DNA of 64,000 nt from Eledone cirrhosa (Eukaryota), in contig OZ024747.1 in the NCBI GenBank assembly GCA_964016885.1, forward strand, positions 30,132,001 to 30,196,000, given 5' to 3'. Numbering within the stretch: position 1 is the stretch's first letter; every line of letters starts with the position of its first letter. Shown here piece after piece: positions 53,673 to 64,000 of the stretch. The notes under the pieces are model-generated. The model ran no database searches, was not told where the DNA came from, and saw only the letters and a list, made by a program, of their open reading frames with translations. Both the position numbers and the translations under genes were made by a program.

Positions 53673-53900
53673 AAATGAAGTAATTCCGTCGGAAAGGTCC
53701 AGGAAAAAAGAGTGCTCTATGTAGGTTACAGATCTTATTAGTTATGTAATAAACAACATAAGATAATTATTTCATTTACCAGTGGTTTCTTGAAAGCAGC
53801 CAAAATTGCTTTCATTCATTAGAATGAAAGCAATTTTGGTTGCTTTCAAAAAACCACTGGTAAATGAAATAATTATCTTATGTTGTTTATTACATAACTA
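53673..53900 (-). mobile_element. Fold-back insertion of the 50174 HHR family: 79-bp arms (53739-53817 / 53822-53900) plus a 66-nt tail
   Basis: The left part is a mutated HHR (core CTAATGA, 53770-53829, minus). The right arm is the inverted stem II + 3' half. It is flanked by (TA)n. Confidence 0.85.
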
Positions 53901-53926
53901 TATATATATATATAAATATATATATT

Positions 53927-53992
<66 letters not shown>

Positions 53993-53993
53993 C

Positions 53994-54062
<69 letters not shown>

Positions 54063-54373
54063 AAAAGTGGAAGGGGTATTCAAAAGTTGCGAATACGACA
54101 AATAATAAATAAATAAAGGTATAAATGTTAATAACTGATTTAGAGCACTCAACAAGTTCCTGGACCAAATAATCAATGAAAATAAACATTAAATAACTCT
54201 GTATTAAATAAATTCACGTACATATCTGCATTAGAAAAAATACATACAACCACATACACATATAATTATAAAAAATAAAAAAAAACTATATATAAAAATA
54301 TACATACACACATACGCATAAGTACGTACACAAACATACGTACGCACACACACACATATATATATATATATAT

Positions 54374-54929
54374 GTAAGAATATTTTCGAAACAGCGAGTG
54401 GATTTGAAATTATTAGAAATGTTAGCTACGCCGTATTTTGACTAAAGAAATTAAAGAAATTATTTAGCCTGATAGTGGGGTTAAGAACCCTCGGAGAAAT
54501 GGAAAAAGATGAGTATTGACGTACATGGGAGTCGAAGCCACATCTTTGGTTATCCGGACCACTGTTCTACCATTTACACCAACACATCACCCGTCTTTTT
54601 CCATTCAAATTAGAAGCTATAAACTTAGCGACTCTAATGTCAAGTAAGAATATTTTCGAAACAGCGAGTGGATTTGAAATTATTAGAAATGTCAAAATAC
54701 GGCGTAGCTAACATTTCTAATAATTTCAAATCCACTCGCTGTTTCGAAAATATGCTTACTTGACATTAGAGTCGCTAAGTTTATAGCTTCTAATTTGAAT
54801 GGAAAAAGACGGGTGATGTGTTGGTGTAAATGGTAGCACAGTGGTCCGAGGATTCTGAACCCCACTATCAGGCTAAATAATTTCTTTAATTTCTTTAGTC
54901 AAAATACGGCGTAGCTAACATTTCTAATA
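54374..54929. mobile_element. Complex fold-back element with a 270-bp direct repeat period, carrying a tRNA-like sequence
   Basis: Direct repeat 54374-54422 / 54644-54692. 54693-54929 is an internally deleted reverse complement of the left part. It is TA-flanked. Confidence 0.85.
54517..54588 (-). pseudogene. tRNA-like sequence (tRNA pseudogene or SINE head)
   Basis: GATGTGT-TG-GTGT AAATGGTA GAAC-A-GTGGT CCGGATA ACCAA-AGAT-GTGGC TTCGACT CCCAT-GTACGTC-A. The 72-nt cloverleaf has mismatches, C at position 33 and a nominal GGA anticodon. The D stem is intact (GCAC) in the inverted partial copy at ~54814-54848. Confidence 0.7.
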
Positions 54930-54964
54930 TATATATATACACATATACACATACACACACAATA

Positions 54965-54997
<33 letters not shown>

Positions 54998-55012
54998 TAT
55001 ACACACACAGAT

Positions 55013-55089
<77 letters not shown>

Positions 55090-55880
55090 GTCTAGAGACG
55101 AAATCCTACGGCTAATATTGGGAATAAGATTTTTAAAAACTATTGGGGGATGGCAAGACTTTGTGTATATATCTTAGATTCTCTTAGGTTTATGATAAGG
55201 TTTAAAAGAGGCAGTAAGTAGATCAAGATTAATGTCAAGAAAGTTAGCATTGGTAAGATTTGTATCTATAGTAATTTTAAGGTTTAGGTTAGCAAAAGTA
55301 TTGATTAAATAAGCAAGGAGTGAACGATATGTTGGCGTGACTCAGGACAGGTTCAAAACGAGGTTTTATGCACATGTCGCTTCTTTTAAACACTCTGATA
55401 AAAGAACAGCAACGGCTCTGGAAAATAAGGTGTAGGAATTCAAAGATAAAAACATCCCGTACTCTATCGATTGGTCTATTTTAGACCATTCGATGGAATA
55501 CCAAAGGGGCACAAAGAATTGTTCTTTGTGTACCACTGAAAAATTTAGAATTCTACAAAATTTGAAAGCCACTTCAACTTGCCTTAACTCCAAGACCGAG
55601 ATCTTCAGATGTTGTCCTCACCTGAAATCACATCTGCTCTGTAACTGGATTCACATTCCTACGATGACTCAATCACCTTGAACTTCTTCTTTGCCTTTTA
55701 CGCCTTACATCCACTACGATTTTTATTACTCTCTGAACTCACTTTCTGTACCCTTATATTCTTTTTCACCCTTTTCTCCCCTTATATTTAAACTTTTCCC
55801 TATGTTATTTTTTTTTATTCCCCCCTACTTTCTACATTACCCTTTACATACCCACCTCTATTTTTATTTATAGATATTTA
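55090..55880 (+). mobile_element. Decayed PLE (Hydra-group-like endonuclease) with a 5' inversion: RT fragment on minus (55090-55330), GIY-YIG half on plus (55329-55681)
   Basis: Minus: LNLKITIDTNLTNANFLDINLDL..FKPYHKP...SCHPP.VFKNL..NISRRIS. Plus: YVGVTQDRFKTRFYAH..SF...T.L...V*...IDWSI...CSLCTTEKF...LNSKTE....CPH. Confidence 0.85.
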
Positions 55881-56015
55881 TTTCTGTGTGTATGTATGTA
55901 TTTGTGTATATGTGCATATATATATATATATATATGTATGTATATATATGTATATAATTATATATATGGGTATGTACATGTATGTGTGTATATATATGTG
56001 TGTGTGTGTATATAA

Positions 56016-56078
<63 letters not shown>

Positions 56079-56079
<1 letters not shown>

Positions 56080-56266
56080 CAAAGGAATTGTGGTAAGGAA
56101 CCAAATGGACCATAACGCACCAGAGTACTCAATACTTAGGGTAGTAGAGTGGGAAATAGGAAAAAGTATGACCCCGACGGCAGAGCTCAAGCCGTTTCGA
56201 CGGCTATTTCTGTCCAGAAATAGCCGTCGAAACGGCTTGAGCTCTGCCGTCGGGGTCATACTTTTT

Positions 56267-56271
<5 letters not shown>
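56079..56271 (-). mobile_element. Fold-back insertion: perfect 57-bp arms (56156-56212 / 56215-56271) made of a hammerhead 3' half, plus a 77-nt tail
   Basis: Each strand reads hairpin-GAAAC-GGC ttgagctct GCC-GTC|GGGG (stem III + GUC) but lacks CUGANGA. A related fragment lies at 62626-62680. Confidence 0.8.
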
Positions 56272-56327
<56 letters not shown>

Positions 56328-56711
56328 ATGGTTGTGTGTGTGTGTGTTTGTATATATATGTATGTATATGCATAATTACATACAGAGTTATTTAATGTTT
56401 ATTTTCATTGATTATTTGCTCCAGGAACTTGTTGAGTGCTCTAAATCAGCTATTAACATTTATACCTTTATTTATTTATTATTTGTCGCATTCCCACCTT
56501 TTGAATACCCCTTCCACCTTTTTATTTTTATATATATGTATATTTATGTATATATATATACACAGAGATATCCACGGTAAGTTGTGGAGTCTAGTCTGCA
56601 TGAAGAATTCAATGTAATCCATATGTTGAAAATGTTGTAGGTTAAAATAACTCGGAAAACAATAAAATATTAAAAGGAAAATCAAGTCATTAGAAATATA
56701 CTTCACTGCTA

Positions 56712-58302
56712 TTGTTATCTAACAATCTTAGCAATTCCAAAATAGAGAAAAACAAAAAACAGATTAGAAAATTCCCCCAGGACTACTACAACCTTAACAT
56801 CACCTTTGAAAACACTTTAAAAGTAGCTAATTTCCTTGACGTTACTTTAGACTTCTCTACGAATATTTATCAACCTTACCACAAACCCAACCAGAATCTA
56901 CACTGTACATTCACGCTCTAACCACCCTGGCTCTATACTAAAAAACTTAGTATATAACATATCTCTTAGACTTTCTAAATTATCTTCCAATGAAGATATA
57001 TTTTATAATAATGCACCCTTCTACAATAATGCACCCTTCTTAACTAGAAGTGGATATAAAGAAAACATCTCGTATATCCCCAACACTACTATGGACCAAA
57101 ATATAAAACCTAGCAAAAACTACAAACACCAAAAAATACCATTGAAACAAATACCTAAAGGGGTTATTCCTATTACACCAAACAACCGAAAAACCACAAC
57201 AACTATTACTACACGATCTATGACCAATGTTATCGACTCACATATGAATGCCAAGCATTCAAAATCTCATAATCGACCCAATAATAAAACCAAATACAAC
57301 CACGGTAGTTTGCCAAATTCTACAAATACGAATACTAATCGTAGGAATCCTTCTAGAACACAGCACAATAATATAAGTGGTAATAAGAACTTAACTAAAA
57401 ACCGCAAAAGAAACATAACATGGTACAACGCACCCTTCAACCTGAAAACTATTGGACAAATCCCTAAAAAATTCTTCGAAATTCTACATAAACATTTTCC
57501 ACCAAACCACAGATACCACCAAATATTTAACAGATATACTGTTAAATTCTCATACTCTACATCAAACAATCTCCAGCAAAAAATAAGCAACTACAACATT
57601 TATAAAATTAAAAATAATATGACCACACCACCACAACATAATTTAAATAGGACTGCACCTTTTAAAAGGACAAATAATACAATCCTTCAACCTGGAAAAC
57701 ACAACCACCCAAATCACCAACACAAAAACAACAGAACACAAAGTCACAATACAACCCTAGCACTAAACCACCCACAAAGCAACCTTCATTCTCCCGCTAA
57801 CATTAATTACAATAGGAATAGCTCAAGGATTAATGAGAATGGTATAGGTACCCCCAACAACCATCTTACGTATGGTTGTAATTGCAGAGATAGAAGCATT
57901 TGCCCCTTACATGGCAACTGTTTGATTAATAATGTAATATATAAATGCACTGTGTCAACTAGTGACTCCAACAAAACATATATAGGATCTACATCAAACA
58001 CATTTAAGAAAATATTTTACACACACTCTAGTAGTTTTAACAATACTAAACTAGCTTACACCACATCTTTAGCTGAAGCAGTAAATAACTATAAAAAGAA
58101 AAAAATAGATTACAAGCTATCATGGAACACCATTCTACAAAGAACTCCATATTTTGGGAACAGGAGAGAATGCAGGTTATGTTCAGGGGAGATCTTGGAA
58201 ATTACTAAATCTAAAGGGGATTTATTAAATAAAAGACAGGAACTGATTATAGTTTGTAATCACCGTATACGAAAAACATTTAAATACTATAAACCTAATT
58301 AA
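56712..58302 (+). pseudogene. PLE RT C-terminal part + GIY-YIG (Hydra-group-like), 5'-truncated and frameshifted
   Basis: LNIT...VANFLDVTLD....YQPYHKPN, SNHP..ILKNL, RKRNITWYNAPFN, IFNRYTVKFSYS, CNCRDRSICPLHGNC....IYKCTV, YIGST, CRLC..E and LLNKRQE....CNH are present, with Asn/His/Thr-rich linkers. The clade assignment is from memory. Confidence 0.88.
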
Positions 58303-58575
58303 ATATTCTAAATAGCAACTCACTATAATTCTATATGGCGTAACATTTGTTAGTATCCCTTTCCCCTAATTATACGCATTCATGCTTATTTCTTACCTTT
58401 TAATGTTTTAGCTTCCTTAAATTTATGCGTTAATGACTAAGGGCAACAAGGTACACAACCATCCGTAATTGCATGAGTAAATATGTATCTATGTATGTAT
58501 GATATGGGAATATATATATATATATATATGGAGAAAAAATTTACGAAATGGAAATGCGGGTATATAGAATTTATT

Positions 58576-58692
58576 AGGTAACAATTGTTTCTATAGTGTA
58601 TGAGTTACCTATACCTCGCTATTTGAATAATACACAAATATTATCAAAAACCGAAAGTACACTGTAAGCCAACACACCATGTCATCAGACCT
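58576..58692 (-). ncRNA. Type-I hammerhead with a ~70-nt loop II insert, in the 3' region of the PLE at 59103-59900
   Basis: AGGT-CTGATGA-C-ATGGTGTGT[...]ATACACTAT-A-GAAA-CAATTG-TT|ACCT. Confidence 0.7.
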
Positions 58693-59102
58693 TTGTATTA
58701 GAATGATATGAAAATATTTTATACACTAGATAAAAGATAAAGAAGGAGGTAGGAAGAGAAGGGGAAGAGGGAAGTGAGTAAGGTGGAGGGAGTCTTAGGG
58801 TTTAAGACTGTCAGACTAGTAGAGATTGTAAAGAGAGAATGTTTTGGCAGCAGTTAGCTTAATGAGGCGTGCTAAGGTTGGCTGGGAAGTAGATACTTCT
58901 AGTGGTGTTGTTCGGACAAAATTTAGTTAGAGGGGTCAAAGTGGTACAATGTCACAGACAAGTTATTAGGGCTATTATAGTAGCAGGTTATTTCTAAAGG
59001 GGTCCAGAAAAACAGTGTTTAGTACTATTATTATAGAAAGCCATATCTAGTGTATAAACATATAAGACAGAAATTTGCAAACGTTGGTGTAAAAAGGTAA
59101 CA

Positions 59103-59900
59103 TTATATGCATTTAAAAAAAGAAAAAGTCGTTTTCAAACGATGGTTACAGTATAGAGAACGTTCAATTTTGCTGTTCAAAAGTTTGTTTACCGACGTTA
59201 AAATGCAGTATATCTCTAAATTGCATAACTTGCAGAATCGATGATTTTGCTGATATGCAGGCGCAGCTGCAATAATTTTCCAATCAAGGGAGAACGCTTG
59301 ATTGTTCCTCCGAAGCTGCCAGGCTTTATCGGCGAGGGTTGTTACGGAGCGCATTTTCTCGTGCCTGATCGAAGATCGATGTTGGTATAGGCGAGCCTTG
59401 AAAGAAGTTGCGGTACATCCGACGTAATACCATTTGTTGGTCCCGGAATTTATTGTACACCGGTAGACAATATTGCGTGCTAGGCACTGGTTATTCAGTG
59501 GGCACGTACCTGGTTTGATGCAGTTACAACTATTTTTATGTTTTGCAGTAGAATCCTGGATAGTTTGGTGGGGTTGTGGTTGCGTGTTAGTGCGTTGCAT
59601 GTTGCTATGCTGGTGCGCTGAGTCATTAGGGATGTACTTATTCAGTATTGCTGAGTTGAGTTTTCTAATTAGTTGTTCTATGTTAGGTGCAGTGGAGTAT
59701 GAGAGTCTAATGGTGCGCGAGTTAAAGATTTTATAGTATTTATGTGAAGTTGTAAAGTGTTTATTGATTAGTGTATAGAATTGTGAGATAATCTTAGTGC
59801 TAATAGAAGAATTGTACACGGGGTTATACCATATGTACTCTCTACGTCTGACTCTATTTGCTGGTTTGCACCTGTTAGTATGCCTATTGATGTGTGTGTG
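59103..59900 (-). pseudogene. PLE 3' ORF fragment with GIY-YIG (Hydra-group-like)
   Basis: RRREYIWYNPVYN, HKYYKIFNSRTIRLSYS, CNCIKPGTCPLNNQC....VYRCTI, YYVGCT..FKARLYQH, CKLCNLE and LLNSK.E...YCNH. The first ~33 aa of the listed ORF are spurious because they cross (TA)n into another repeat. Confidence 0.9.
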
Positions 59901-59924
59901 TGGTGCAATACATATATATATATA

Positions 59925-60455
59925 TATACAATAAAGTATGTCCATAGAATCATTTGATAAAATATATACACCATCTCCTCTCCCAATCAGCATAATCAAC
60001 CACACACAAAACTAATTAAATCAGGCTATAAGATTAAAAGGCACCTATGAAGAAATAATAGATAAATAAACGACAGCCATCTATTCGCGATCAACAGCTA
60101 TAGAATATTTACCCAGCATTTCAATAGCACGTGGAATTCGATTAAATATATCGTCAACCATACACAATTAGTTATAAAATCAAAGTTAGAAGAAAAAATG
60201 TATATAAACATATCAAGATTACGTTTCTACCCCATGGGATTTCATTCGCTTTTGGAAATATCCGATCAAGGATAAATTCACGAGCTTCGAAATCAACAGG
60301 AAAGATTTTCCTTAAATGATCCCCGCCAGAAACGAATTCAAAATGGCTAAGAACTGTGACGTGGCAGTGGTCAAGTCAGAAAGAATGTGATTGGTGCCTT
60401 ACGGCGAGTGGGCTGGAAAGCACAGACTAATATTGCCTAATTTGCATCTCAACCA
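59925..60455 (-). mobile_element. Second copy of the ~657-bp HHR element family, with a mutated hammerhead at 60224-60303
   Basis: It is a diverged reverse complement of ~47540-48115. The HHR core reads CTGTTGA and stem III contains the palindrome CCCATGGG. Confidence 0.8.
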
Positions 60456-60626
<171 letters not shown>

Positions 60627-61390
60627 CGAGTATATGTGTATGAGTGTTTATGTGTGTGTGTGTACATATATGTGTGTGTATAGGTGTGTATATGTAAATG
60701 TATATATATATATATAGATATATGTGTATATGATTGTATCCACATGTGTAGATGTATGTATATATTTGCATTTATTTATTTGTATGTATATTTTTAGTTG
60801 AGTATCAATATAACTATACCTCTACCCATAATGTGGGTATATCCACTTTGTGATCTATGAAATTTATACGTTTTGACTATGTCAACATGTATTTATCTGA
60901 GTTTGATTATTTATACATAGACATACTTGAAGGTATCATACGCTGTACAATTTACCAGACCGTACTATATTGTGTTACATTATATTATATTATTGTATTT
61001 CTGTATTTAATTATCTTATTAGAATTTTCATCTTTTAATATACTATCTTTCCTAGCCATGACCTTAATTTATATTCACCTAAAAACTCCATACAACACAA
61101 CTCAACATTTAATTTTTACATTCCTTTTAAACTTCACTATACCATATACATTCAACTATCAATTTGACAATCCCTTTCTTCCTAATAGATTTTTTATGGC
61201 AATTCAGTTATTAACACCATTCAACTATTCCTTTTAAAGGGTCATGACCTCAACTAAAGTGAATTATTTTTCATCTTAACATCAAATGGAATAAAACAAT
61301 CTGATTGGTTAGTTCTTCAAGTACCTCCAAACAAGGTCATAGAACTAAACATAATACTAATTTACTACTAATTTGGAATAAAATTATTAT

Positions 61391-61526
61391 TGCTTTTGAC
61401 AACAGCTGGTGATATGCATGTAAGTAAATATTCTCTTTATCTGATATTTTGTAACTAAACTTACATAGATCGATATCGAAGTATAGTTACGATGTATTAT
61501 CATCACTTAGAAACGATCGTAAAGCA
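61391..61526 (+). ncRNA. Degenerate hammerhead with a large structured loop II
   Basis: TGCTT-TTGACAA (two changes from CTGACGA)-C-AGCTGGTGAT[ATGTAAGT/ACTTACAT hairpin etc.]ATCATCACTT-A-GAAA-CGATCG-TA|AAGCA. Confidence 0.55.
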
Positions 61527-61572
61527 GTGAAGTATATTTCTAATGACTTGATTTTTTATTTCATTATTTTAA

Positions 61573-62352
<780 letters not shown>

Positions 62353-62482
62353 ATATATATATAAATGAAGTAATTCCGTCGGAAAGCTCCAGGAAAAAAG
62401 AGTGCTCTATGTAGGTTGCAGAGCTTATTACCACTGGTAAATGAAATAATTATCTTATGTTGTTTATTACATAAATAAATAA

Positions 62483-62572
<90 letters not shown>

Positions 62573-62850
62573 GTGTGTGTATGTGTATATGTGTCTGTGT
62601 GTGTGTGTATATGTATATATATATATAGGAACGAGTAGGACCCCGACGGCTGAGCTCAAGCCGCTTCGACGGCTAATTGTCGACTAAAACATATAAATAC
62701 ATTCACGTACATATCTGCATGAGAAAAAATACATACAACCACATACACACATATAATTATAAAAAATTAAAAAACCTATATATAAAAATATACATACACA
62801 CATACGCATAAGTACGTACACATACATACGTACGCGCACACACACACACA

Positions 62851-62892
<42 letters not shown>

Positions 62893-62895
<3 letters not shown>

Positions 62896-64000
62896 AGGAG
62901 GTTATAGTTCACTTGAAGCATTGTGTAATGAGGTATAAACGTTAGAATATGTGTAATAAGGCCAAGACAATGCAGGTATGGACATAGAAAAAAGAATGCA
63001 ATAGTGAAAGATATTGAAGTGAATTCGTCTTTCACCTTGAATGCCCTTAATTTTCGAGATAATATCTCTTCTTCGGAGGGAAGTAAAGGTCTCAAACCAG
63101 CGTCTTAAAATCTCTAATCAAGCCATGCTGACCGGAAATAGTATAGAGTATCTGTTCTAAGTTTAATATCAAAGAATTAAAATTAGGTGGATAAAGAGTA
63201 GTCTCCCTTTAAGAGGGGTTTGTTTATGTTTTGTTATTGTTTTTGTTTTGTTTTTTAAAATTTTATATGCGTGCCTGTATATGTGTGTGGGAGAATGCAT
63301 GAAGGTGTAGGTATGTGGGTGTGTGTGTGTGAGTGTGGGAAGATAGGTCTAATCGTATAAGTGGGGGGTAGGTGTTATCTGGTGTTAGAACTGGTTTTGT
63401 GTGTGTATGTGTGAGAGAGAATAAGTGGAGGTGTGTGCGTGCGTGTGTGTGGGGTGTGTAAAATGGGGCTAGAGGCCCTATCGGGTTATAAATTGGGTGT
63501 TGAGCTCTAGTCTATTATTGATTGGTGGATGTGTTCTATCTATAATAAGTGCTTCCTTAATTCTAAGATTGCCGAGGTTTCTTTCCTTAGTTTCTATCCT
63601 AACTGTTATGTTTTTATCGGTGTTTTTGCATTTAACTAGGTGTTTCTTAAATGAGGAAGCGTTAGTATTGAGGTGTTCTTTTATTCTTATGTGGAGTGGT
63701 CTGGTGGTGCTACCTACGTAGAAGTTGTTGCATTTGTCACACTCTAGTCTGGATCCCATGGGTAATCCTGTTGTCTGTCTGTATGTGTGGTGGTGGAAGG
63801 TGAAGTACGTGTTGTCTACTGTGAAGGACAAAAGCTGGTGTATGTCCGTCGGGTGGAGGCCAAATCGAAAAACAGACCAACTCCATTTGGTTCGATATCT
63901 GTAGGAGAAGACAACTCCCGAATAAAATTAAACTCAACTACACCACTAGAAATAGCAGACTGCCCACTTTCTACCACCTCATCAAGACCCACAAGAATAG
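62893..64000 (-). mobile_element. Rearranged PLE: internally deleted RT/GIY-YIG fusion (63478-63831, minus), 3' region with a mutated HHR (63044-63080), and an inverted upstream RT piece (63830-64000, plus)
   Basis: Minus: NTYFTFHHHTYRQTTGLPMGS joined to RLECDKCNNFYVGSTTRPLHIRIKEH...IKEAL.I....P.IN. Plus: ...NSRLPTFYHLIKTHK. HHR: CCCT-CCGAAGA-A-GAGAT att ATCTC-GAAA-AT-TA|AGGG. Confidence 0.85.

Noticed and set aside
54517-54588. Functional tRNA-Ser(GGA)
   Set aside because: It has C33, stem mismatches, no long variable arm, an anticodon atypical for eukaryotes, and sits inside a rearranged repeat.
58424-58476. Possible hammerhead in the 3' region of the 56712-58302 PLE
   Set aside because: Both core boxes are too degenerate (TTAATGA, GTAA) and stem II is unconvincing.

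Overview
This is eukaryotic, AT-rich, repeat-dominated DNA. A tRNA-derived SINE at 46928-47113 resembles the common octopod SINE, so a cephalopod source is likely (inference). Bases 1 to ~34,996 are one satellite array with a ~276-bp monomer. Each monomer contains two interleaved inverted repeats, and the array is organised into ~6.04-kb (about 22-mer) and ~18.87-kb higher-order repeats. All short minus-strand ORFs in the array are artefacts. Bases ~35,000-64,000 are a retroelement-rich stretch studded with (TA)n microsatellites. It holds several Penelope-like element (PLE) families (RT + GIY-YIG), a decayed CRE-type non-LTR element, a Gypsy 3' end with LTR, SINEs, and one isolated sphingosine-kinase exon (41650-41765, minus). 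The most notable signals are: (i) about 17 type-I hammerhead ribozyme (HHR) motifs from about 10 sequence families, many with non-canonical stem II; (ii) two non-coding, partially tandem HHR units (436 bp and ~657 bp) that look like retrozymes; (iii) a recurring insertion geometry, seen about 8 times, in which a fold-back inverted arm (45 bp to 1.65 kb) stops 37-79 nt short of the element 3' end and both ends abut (TA)n. All motifs were read by eye; no database search or folding was run.
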